Source: Candidatus Aminicenantes bacterium (GTDB taxonomy: Bacteria; Acidobacteriota; Aminicenantia; Aminicenantales; UBA4085). From it: 64,000 nt of DNA. The DNA is taken from assembly GCA_963803915.1 (NCBI GenBank), contig CAWDOL010000010.1, forward strand, positions 15,763-79,762, in the 5' to 3' direction. The notes beneath the pieces were generated by a model. It worked only from the letters and a program-made list of their open reading frames with translations, did no database searches and was not told where the DNA came from. Positions 28,677-37,261 of the stretch are shown piece by piece; position 1 is the first letter of the stretch; every line of letters starts with the position of its first letter. A program made the position numbers and the translations under genes.

Positions 28677-30862
28677 ATGGAAACGCTCGAAGGGACGATC
28701 GCATCCGTCCTTTTCTTCAACCCCGAGAACGGCTACTCGGTCTTCCGCTTTGCGGTCGAGGGCCGGGACAAGATCGTCGTCGTCGGCTCCTTCCCGCCGC
28801 TGCTCGCCGGGCGAGCGGCTGCGCGTCCAGGGGGCCTGGGAGACGAATCCCAAGTTCGGACCCCAGTTCAAGGTCGCCTCCTTCCAGCCGATCATGCCGG
28901 CCGGCGCCAAGGGCATCGAGAAATACCTCTCCTGCGGGCTGATCAAGGGCATCGGGCCGGCCCTGGCCAAGCGCATCGTGGCCGCCTTCGGCGAGGAGAC
29001 GCTCGACGTCCTGGAGAGCAAGCCCGAGCGGATGACCGAAGTCAGCGGCATCGGAGCCGGCCAAGCTGGAGGACATCAAGGCCTCCTGGTCCTCCCACCG
29101 CGACGTCCGCGATCTGATCATCTTCCTGCAGGCCCACGACGTCTCGACCAGCCTGGCCAACAAGATCCACCGCCAGTACGGCGCCCGCTCCTACGAGGTC
29201 CTGCGAACCAACCCCTACCAGCTCTGTCTCGACATCTGGGGCATCGGGTTCAAGACCGCCGACGCCATCGCCCTTAAGCTGGGCACCGACCCGGCCGCGC
29301 CGGAACGGATCAAGGCCTACCTCCTCTACCTGATGGAGAAAGACAACGAGCAGGGCCACGTCTACTCGCTGCGCCGGCCGCTCCTCCAAGCGGCGGCGGA
29401 GGATCTGGGGGTCGACGCTGCGGCCGCGGAAGCCGCCCTGAACGCCCTGGCCTCCAAGCGGGCCGTGGTTGTCGAGCCGCTCGAGGACGACACGTCCGTC
29501 TACCGTCCGTTCTACTATGACGCCCAGGAAGAGGTCGTCACGGCCCTGGAGCGGCTGTCGCGGGCGCCGTTCCAGGCCCCCTCCTTCGATATCGACAAGG
29601 TCGTGGCCGAGGTCGAGCGCGAGCTCAAAGTGGAGTTCTCGCCCCTCCAGAGGCGGGCCATCGCCGAGAGCGCGGGCAAGAAGATCGTGGTCATCACGGG
29701 CGGACCCGGCACCGGCAAGACGACCATCATCAAGGCCGTGACCGAAGTCTTCGCCAAGTGGGGCAAGCAGGTCCTGCTGGGCGCCCCCACCGGCCGGGCG
29801 GCCAAGCGCCTGTCCGAGAGCACGGGCCTGGAGGCCAAGACCATCCACCGCCTGCTCGAGTTCAACCCCAAGCTGGGCTCGTTCCGGCGCGACGCCGGCC
29901 ACCCCCTGGCGGGCGACGCGGTCATCATCGACGAGTTTTCGATGGTCGACCTGGCCCTGATGCATTCGCTGGTCAAGGCCATCCCGCCCTCGATGCGCCT
30001 GATCCTGGTGGGGGACAAGGATCAGCTCCCGGCCCTCGGCCCGGGGCAGCTGCTGCGCGACCTGATCGAAGCCCGGCCGGAGTCCGTCGTCCGGCTGGAC
30101 CGCATCTTCCGCCAGGAGGCCGACAGCCTGATCGTCCAGAACGCTCACCGCATCAACCAGGGCCAGAAGCTGATCTACCCGCCGCACGGGGAGAAGAACG
30201 CAGACTTCTACTTCATCCGCCAGGAAGAGGAGGCCAAGGTCTTCTCGACCATCATGAAGCTGGTGGGATGGAGCATCCCCCAGCGGCTGGGGGTGGCGCC
30301 CCTGTCGCAGCAGATCCAGGTCATCAGCCCGATGTACAAGGGGTTCGTCGGCATCGAGCGGCTGAACACCGAGATGCAGGCCCGCCTGAACGGGCGCAGC
30401 GAGGGTCTGCGGGTGGGGACCCGCGAGCTTCGCGTGCGGGACAAGGTCATGCAGGTCCGCAACGACTACGAGAAGGATGTCTTCAACGGCGACATCGGCT
30501 ATATCGACCACGTCGACCGGGAGTCCTTCCGGATCGTGGTCCGGTTCGAAGGCCGGCCGGTTGTCTACGAGAGGGACGAGCTGGACGACATCACCCTGGC
30601 CTACGCCGTCTCGGTCCACAAGGCCCAGGGCTCGGAGTACCAGGCCGTGGTCATGCCGCTGCTGACCCAGCACTTCATCATGCTGCAGCGCAACCTCTTC
30701 TACACCGCCCTGACCCGGGCCAAGAAGCTGAGCGTCATCATCGGCTCCTATAAGGCCCTCTACATCGCCATCAAGAACGACAAGCCCGTCCATCGCAACA
30801 GCCGGTTGAAGGAGAAGCTCCTCGAGGCGGCCTCGCGCCCGGCCGGGTTTGACTTGACCTGA
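28677..30862 (+). CDS. recD2: SF1 ATP-dependent RecD2-like DNA helicase; two +1 frame changes (near 28806 and 29062)
   Basis: Three track ORFs in frames 0, 1 and 2 (28677.., 28750.., 29333..30862) join into METLEGTIASVLFFNPENGYSVFRF...PGERLRVQGAWETNPKFGPQFK...KLEDIKASWSSHRDV... The helicase core has GGPGTGKTT, DEFSMVD, VGDKDQLP and VHKAQGSEY. Confidence 0.88.
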
Positions 30863-30901
30863 TCGAACCCCTATCATGGGGGCATCCCGAAGGAGGAATC
30901 C

Positions 30902-31388
30902 ATGAGGAAACATCCAGGCCGAGTCGCGGCCGGAGCCGCCCTGGCCCTGGTTCTTCTGGCCGCGGCGGCGGACGTCGTCGTGGTCAAGGTCCAGAGCACG
31001 GCGGTCCGCCAGGCGCCCCAGTTCTTCGCTCCCGTCGTCGCCACGGTCAAGGCCGGCGACAAGCTGAGCAAGGTCGCCGAGGCCAACGGCTGGTTCCAGG
31101 TCAAGACGACGGCCGGCGCCTCCGGCTGGATCCACTCCGGTGCCGTGGAAAAGCCCAAGGTCAGTCTGCTGGCCTCCTCCTCGGCCATGAAGACCCAGGC
31201 CACGTCTTCCGAGGTGGCCCTGGCCGGCAAGGGCTTCAACAAGCAGGTCGAGGAGAGCTACAAGGCCAAGACACGCCGAGCTGAACTTCGCGGCCGTGGA
31301 CAGGCTCCTCCAGGTCAAGGCGACACCCGCACAGGTGGAGGATTTCCTCAAACGCGGCAAGCTGAACCCCTTCGGAGGCGGCCAATGA
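30902..31388 (+). CDS. secreted SH3b-domain protein; one +1 frame change near 31270
   Basis: Signal peptide, then VVKVQSTAVRQAP...GWFQVKTTAGASGWIHSGAV (bacterial SH3). After the shift: HAELNFAAVDRLLQVKATPAQVEDFLKRGKLNPFGGGQ*, with stop at 31386-31388. Confidence 0.6.
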
Positions 31389-32290
31389 GCGCCCGCCGCC
31401 GCATCCCCGCCGTCCTGGCCGTCGTCGTTGGGCTCCTGCTCGCCTCGACCGCCGCCCAAGCCCAGCTGGGCGGCATCCTGGACAAGGTCAAGAAGGGCGC
31501 CGACACGGCCAACAAAGCCGCCAAGGTCGTCCGCAGCACCTTCGGCGACATCAGCGAGGAGGAGGAGTACTACATCGGCCGCAGTGTCGCGGCCCTCATC
31601 CTCTCCCGCTACCAGCCCCTGGCCAACCCCGGCCTGTCCCAGTACGTCAACACCCTCGGCCAGGCCGTGGCCCTGTCTTCGGACCGGCCCGAAACGTTCG
31701 CCGGCTACCACTTCCAGGTCCTGGACACCGACGAGGTCAATGCCCTGGCCGCGCCCGGCGGCATGATCTTCCTGACCAAGGGGCTGCTCAAGCGCTGCCC
31801 CGACGAGGAAACCCTGGCCGCCATCCTGGCCCACGAGATCGGTCACGTGGCCGCCAAGCACGGCCTGCAGTCGATCAAGAAGTCGCGCCTGGTGGATGCC
31901 TTCAAGCTGCTGGAGCAGGGCCGCCGTGGACAAGTACGGCCCGGCGGAGCTGGACCAGCTGACCGCGATCTTCGAGGACGTCCTGGGCGACATCGCCGAG
32001 AGCCTGATCGAGCGCGGCTACGACCGCAAGTACGAGTACGAAGCCGACGAGCTGGCCTTGAAGACCGCCGCGGCCGCCGGGTTCGACCCGACCGGCTTGA
32101 GCCGCTTCCTCCAGACCATGGTCGGCGACAAGTCGGGCGGCTCGCGGACAAGGGCTGGTTCAAGACCCACCCGACGCCGGAGCAGAGGATCGACCGTGCG
32201 GACAAGGCGACCGCCGCCATGGGGGCCCTGCCCGCCATCCTGGAGGCGCGGACGGCCCGGTTCAAGGCCGCCACGGCCGGGCTGAAATAG
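31385..32290 (+). CDS. M48-family Zn metallopeptidase; two frame changes (near 31928 and 32147)
   Basis: Signal peptide MSARRRIPAVLAVVVGLLLAS and the HEIGHV motif. The central 75 aa (AAVDKYGPAELDQLTAIFEDVLGDIAESLIERGYDRKYEYEADELAL...) sit in the frame of track ORF 31896..32285. Confidence 0.78.
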   Translation: MSARRRIPAVLAVVVGLLLASTAAQAQLGGILDKVKKGADTANKAAKVVRSTFGDISEEEEYYIGRSVAALILSRYQPLANPGLSQYVNTLGQAVALSSDRPETFAGYHFQVLDTDEVNALAAPGGMIFLTKGLLKRCPDEETLAAILAHEIGHVAAKHGLQSIKKSRLVDAFKLLEQGRRGQVRPGGAGPADRDLRGRPGRHRREPDRARLRPQVRVRSRRAGLEDRRGRRVRPDRLEPLPPDHGRRQVGRLADKGWFKTHPTPEQRIDRADKATAAMGALPAILEARTARFKAATAGLK

Positions 32291-32292
32291 GG

Positions 32293-34381
32293 GTGGACAA
32301 GAAGCTTCTGCGCGGGCTCCTGACGGGAGTCGGCGCCTTTGCTCCTGGCCGGCGGCTTTTGCTCTCCTGGGGGTGTGGCGGGGGCTGGAGCTGAAGAGCT
32401 GGGACGCACGCGTCCGGCTGTTCGCCTCGGCCGAACCTTCCCCCGACGTGGCCGTCATCCTGGTCGACCAGTACAGCCTGGACCATTTTAAGAAGCAGGA
32501 CGTGCCCTGGCCTTGGCCGCGCCAGATGTATGCGCCCCTGCTCGGCTTCCTGAAAGCGGGCGGGGCCAGTGCCGTCTTCATCGACATCATGATGAGCGAG
32601 CCGTCGACTTACTGTTGTCGAAGACGACGAGATGCTGGCCGCAGGCCCTGCGCGAGTCGGGCAACGTCTTCCTGCCGGTTTTTTTGAGCGGCGACGAGAA
32701 AGGCTCGTCTGAAGGCCATGAAGCGTTTCTGCGGAAGTCTGCTCCCGATACGGCTGGATCGACGGCCGCGCCGACGGTCTACCATTCGGCCACGGTTCCC
32801 ATCCCGGTCCTGGCCGCGGCCGCCCGCGGCGGCGCCAACGTCCACGTCGAGCCCGACGCGGACGGCGTCTTCCGGCGCCTGCCCCTGCGGGCGTCCTTCG
32901 GCGATCGGACCGTGCCCTCGGTGGCTCTGGCTCTGGCCGGCTTGAACGGGGAAGCCGCGCGACGCCCGCGCCGCCTCTCGACCGGAATGGAGCGCTGCTC
33001 ATCCGCTACCGGCGCCCGGCTGAAGACGCATCCCCGTTCGCCGCCCCTCCCGCGGCGACCGATCATCGACAGCTGGCTGAAAATGTCGGAGGGGAAGCCG
33101 CCCGATGTCGCGCCCGAGACTTTCGCGGGCAAGAACGTCCTCATCGGTCTGAGCGCGGTCGGCCTTCTGGACATCAAGACGTCCCCGGTCAGCCGTGCCG
33201 TGCCCGGGGTCGAGATCCAAGCCGCGGCGCTCGACACGCTGTTGCGGGGCCGCTTCCTGCGTCCGCCCTCACCGCTGCTCGACGCCCTCCTGACCGCGTT
33301 CCTCGCGCTCCTCGCCGCCGTCGGCGTCTCCTATCTCAAGAAGTCGTCGGCCATGATCGCGGCCTCCGTCGGCTTGCTGCTCGTGCCGGCCGTCCTCTCC
33401 TGCCTGGGCTTCGCGGCCGGGCGCTGGACGGCGCTCGTTCTGCCCACGGGCGGCGTGCTCTTCGCGGTGATCGCCGCGGCCGTGCTGAACTACGCCGTGG
33501 AGGGGCGCCAGAGGCGCTTCCTCAAGACCGCCTTCCGGCATTACCTGAGCCCGCACGTCGTCGACCGGGTGGTCCGCGATCCGGGCCTCCTGCGCCTCGG
33601 CGGCGATCGGCGCGAGATCACCTCGTTCTTCTCGGACGTGGCCGGCTTCACCTCGATCTCGGAGTCGCTGGGGGCCGAGGGCCTGGTGGCCCTGCTCAAC
33701 GAATACCTCACGGCCATGACCGACATCATCCTGGACGAGGGCGGTACGCTCGACAAGTATGAGGGCGACGCCATCGTCGCCTTCTGGAACGCGCCGCTCG
33801 ACGAGGCCGACCACGCCCGGCGCGCCTGTCGGGCCGCGCTGGACTGCCAAGCCCGCCTGGACGCCCTGGGCCCTTCTTTCGAGGCCCGCTACGGCCACCG
33901 GCTGCGGATGCGGATCGGACTCAACACCGGTCCCGCGGTGGTCGGGAACATGGGCTCGGCGCGGCGCTTCGACTATACCGCCATGGGCGACACCGTGAAC
34001 CTTGCGGCCCGCCTGGAGGGCGCCTGCAAGGCCTACGGCATCTCGACCCTGGCGGGGGAGGCTGTCGTTGCCGCGGCGGGGGAGACGATCCTGGCCCGCG
34101 AGGTGGACGTCCTGCGCGTGGTGGGGAAGAACAAGCCTGTCCGCATCTTCGAGGTCGTCGGGCAGAGAGAGACGGCGACTCCCGAAGTCCTGGCCCGGCT
34201 CGAGGCCTTCGAGCGCGTCTTGGAGGCCTACCGCCGCCGGTCCTGGGAAGAAGCCGAGACCAAGGCCGTGGCTCTGGCCGGCGACCCCGTAGCCGCGGTC
34301 TACGCCGCGCGCTGCGCCCGCTTCCGCTCGGAGCCGCCCGCTGCGGACTGGGACTTCGTCTACGAGCTCAAGACCAAGTGA
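32293..34381 (+). CDS. CHASE2-sensor class III adenylate/guanylate cyclase; about six frame changes, all in the first 750 nt
   Basis: Putative GTG 32293. The N-terminal TM and CHASE2 pieces are spread over three frames (shifts near 32338, 32359, 32615, 32645, 32975 and 33040). From ~33050 onward it is clean: TM helices, then FSDVAGFTSISE, KYEGDAIVAFWNAP, RIGLNTGPAVVGNMGS and YTAMGDTVNLAARLEG. Confidence 0.8.
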
Positions 34382-34395
34382 AAGGATAGCCCATC

Positions 34396-35208
34396 ATGAA
34401 GATCGAATTCTTCGGCGTCCGGGGCTCGTTTCCCGCCGCGGGCCACTGCGATTCGGCCTACGGCGCGGCCACTCCCTGCGCCCTGATCACTTCGGCGGGG
34501 GGAGAGTCCGTCATCCTGGACGCGGGCACCGGGATCCGTCCCCTGGGCATACGCATGGCGGCGGCCGCCGGCCCCATCCAAGCCACCATCCTGTTCACCC
34601 ACTTTCACCTCGACCATGTCTTTGGGCTGCCTTTCTTCGACCTGCTGTATCTGGCCAAGGCCGAGATCACCTTCGTCTCCTGGCGCGATCCCGAGGAGAC
34701 GCGCGAGATCCTGTCCCGGCTGATGAGCGAGCCCCTCTTCCCGGTGGCCTTCGACCAAACGCCTGCTCGCAAGACCTTCCTCCGGATCGGTCCGGAGGGG
34801 ATGACGCTGGCCGGCATGACCGTTCGGAGAACCCAGCTCCGCCATCCCCAAGGCTGCATGGCCTACCGCTTCGACGAGGGCAAGGCCGGCGCCGTATTTG
34901 CGACCGATACCGAACACCCCGAGACGGGTATCGACGAACGCCTCGCGGATCTGGCCCGGGGGGCATCGCTCCTCGTTTACGACGCCATGTACACGCCCGA
35001 AGAGTACGCCGAGGGCCGCAAAGGCTGGGGCCACAGCACCTGGGAGCAGGGCGTGCGCCTGGCGCAGGAGGCCAAGGTCGGCCGCCTTCTCCTCTCCCAC
35101 CTCAACCCCGATCACGACGACCGGGCCATCGCCCGGATGAGGAAGGCGGCCAAGGCCGGGTTCCGGAATACCGAATGCGCGGCGGCCGGACGGACGGAGA
35201 CTTTCTAG
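34396..35208 (+). CDS. MBL-fold metallo-hydrolase
   Basis: 270 aa; HFHLDH metal motif, then later D/H ligands (ATDTEH, GWGHST, LSHLNPD). Confidence 0.85.
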   Translation: MKIEFFGVRGSFPAAGHCDSAYGAATPCALITSAGGESVILDAGTGIRPLGIRMAAAAGPIQATILFTHFHLDHVFGLPFFDLLYLAKAEITFVSWRDPEETREILSRLMSEPLFPVAFDQTPARKTFLRIGPEGMTLAGMTVRRTQLRHPQGCMAYRFDEGKAGAVFATDTEHPETGIDERLADLARGASLLVYDAMYTPEEYAEGRKGWGHSTWEQGVRLAQEAKVGRLLLSHLNPDHDDRAIARMRKAAKAGFRNTECAAAGRTETF

Positions 35209-35212
35209 GACC

Positions 35213-36871
35213 ATGAGCCCCCACACGCCCGCACCGGCCTCGCTCTACGGAACACTGGCTTTCTATCTGCTGGCGGTGGTCGGGGCCCTGGTCGTCTTTC
35301 TCGTCGTCCGCTTCCTGGCCACGCGGTTCGGGTCCGGGATGGGCAGGACCGGTCGCATCCTCCTGACCCGCCTGAGCCTGCCCGCCGTCTTCGGACTCGG
35401 CTTCATCGCCCTGTGGGCCTTCGCCCCCCTGCCCGCCAACCTCCGTCCCTACGCCGAGGCCGGTGTCGTCTTCTTCGCCTTCTTCTTCCTGATCCGGCTT
35501 TTCGACGCCATCCTGTCGATATGGTACGCGCGGGGCCGCAAGACCTTCCCCATGCCGGGCGTGCTGCGCAACCTGATCCTGGGCGTCATGGAGCTCGCGG
35601 TCCTCTTCCTGGTCCTTAAAGCCATCCTGAACATCAACCTGTCGCCGATCCTCGGCGCCTCGGCCATCCTGACCATGGTCATCGGCCTGGCCCTGCAGGG
35701 GGTTCTGAGCAACATCCTGTCGGGAGTGTCGCTCCACTTCGCCCGGTCCATCAATCGGGGCGAATGGGTTTCGATCGGCCCCCACGAAGGCGTCGTCGTC
35801 GACACCAATTGGCGTGAGACCCGGATCCAGGACCGCTCTTCCAACATCATCGTCCTGCCCAACACCCTGGTGGCCTCGGAGCGGATCGTCAGCTACGCCC
35901 AGCCCGACGCCCGGACGGCGCTCTTCATGCCTTTCAAGCTGAGCCCTGCGGCCCCGGCCCAGGAAGTCCTGGACACGCTGGCCGAATCGGCCCGCGATTG
36001 CCCCGCGGTCGTCGACGATCCCGCGCCCCTGGCCTACCTGCGGAGCTTCGACGAGCTGGGCGTCTCCTACCTGCTCAAGTTCTGGGTCACGGACTATGCC
36101 CGCAAGGACGCCATCCTCACGGACGTCGGCCGGCTGGCCTGGTACAAGCTGCGGCGCCGGGGGATCGAAGTGGCGGTCCCGGCGATCGAAACCCTGCGGG
36201 CCCTTGCCGCGGCTTTGCCTTCCGGCGCCCCGCCCCCCGCCGCCGGGCCGGCGGGTATCGTCCGCGGCGGTGAAGAGGCTGCCGAGAACCATGCCGTCCT
36301 GATGAAGTCCACGTTCCTGCGCCGTCCCCAGGCGGAAGGGGAGGGGGCTCTTCTTGTTCCGGAAGACGACGTCCGGGATCTGGGCTCCGTCGTCACGCGG
36401 GCGGTCTATGCCAAAGGTGAAATTCTGTTCCGTCAGGGCGACCGGGGGCGGAGCGCCTATGTCGTCGTCCGCGGCCGGATCCGCGGCGAGATCGTGACCC
36501 AAGAGTCGGGCAAGAGCTACACCTCGACCTTCCATGTCGGACCCGGCGGGTTGTTCGGCGAGATGTCGCTCTTCACCGGCATGCCCCGGACGGCGACCGG
36601 AATCGTCGAGGAGGAGGCCGTCCTGCTCAAGGTCCGGGCCGAGCACTTCGGACCCGTCCTGGAGAAGAACCCCGACCTGGCCGAAGTCATCGCCGAGCTG
36701 GTCAGCGCCCGCAACCAGCAGAACCGCGCCACCCTGCTCAAGATCAAGGAGCTGTCCGAGAAGGACATCCTGGCCGGTACGAACAAGCGGACCATCCTCG
36801 ACTACCTCAAACGGTTCGTCGGGCTGAAGCGGGAGCACGGATCGCGCGGCTCCGGCTCCCAGGAAGACTAG
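35213..36871 (+). CDS. MscS-family mechanosensitive channel fused to a C-terminal cyclic-nucleotide-binding domain
   Basis: 552 aa. TM helices plus the MscS beta-domain (GEWVSIGPHEGVVVDTNWRETRIQD, IIVLPN). The C-terminal CAP_ED motif is FRQGD...GGLFGEMSLFTGMPRTATGIV. Confidence 0.88.
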   Translation: MSPHTPAPASLYGTLAFYLLAVVGALVVFLVVRFLATRFGSGMGRTGRILLTRLSLPAVFGLGFIALWAFAPLPANLRPYAEAGVVFFAFFFLIRLFDAILSIWYARGRKTFPMPGVLRNLILGVMELAVLFLVLKAILNINLSPILGASAILTMVIGLALQGVLSNILSGVSLHFARSINRGEWVSIGPHEGVVVDTNWRETRIQDRSSNIIVLPNTLVASERIVSYAQPDARTALFMPFKLSPAAPAQEVLDTLAESARDCPAVVDDPAPLAYLRSFDELGVSYLLKFWVTDYARKDAILTDVGRLAWYKLRRRGIEVAVPAIETLRALAAALPSGAPPPAAGPAGIVRGGEEAAENHAVLMKSTFLRRPQAEGEGALLVPEDDVRDLGSVVTRAVYAKGEILFRQGDRGRSAYVVVRGRIRGEIVTQESGKSYTSTFHVGPGGLFGEMSLFTGMPRTATGIVEEEAVLLKVRAEHFGPVLEKNPDLAEVIAELVSARNQQNRATLLKIKELSEKDILAGTNKRTILDYLKRFVGLKREHGSRGSGSQED

Positions 36872-36898
36872 CCCGAGCGCGGCCCGGCCGGGCCTGGA

Positions 36899-36927
36899 TT
36901 GAAAAAGCGGGTCGCTTGCCTTATAGT
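36899..36927 (+). promoter_or_regulatory. sigma70-like promoter TTGAAA-N17-TATAGT upstream of tRNA-Arg
   Basis: TTGAAA at 36899-36904 and TATAGT at 36922-36927; the tRNA starts at 36949. Confidence 0.45.
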
Positions 36928-36948
36928 GAGAACCCTCTTGCGCGGGGC

Positions 36949-37026
36949 GCGCCTGTAGCTCAGTATGGATAGAGCAGCGGTTTCCTAAACCGTTGGTCGG
37001 GTGTTCGAGTCACCCCAGGCGCGCCA
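36949..37026 (+). tRNA. tRNA-Arg (anticodon CCU), CCA encoded
   Basis: Hand-folded cloverleaf. Acceptor GCGCCTG/CAGGCGC and D stem GCTC/GAGC. Anticodon stem GCGGT/ACCGT with loop TTCCTAA (CCT at 36984-36986). T arm GGGTG-TTCGAGT-CACCC, discriminator G, CCA. Confidence 0.92.
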
Positions 37027-37261
37027 CCCTTTTTCGGGCTTAAATCAAACCTTCCTATCTTTGGCCGGGTGGGGCGAGAGTGTGGGAACCCGCCCCGACG
37101 CGCCAAAACGCAAACATGGCGCTATCTCCCCTCATGTCGGAAATGAGTTAGAGCTTTTCGAGCTGCCTCTGAATGCCGTTGACAACGGCTCGCAAGTCAA
37201 TGTACTTTTCAACCATAGGCGATTGTATGGGGAGTGAATGATCACTCCAGGGGAGGAAGGG

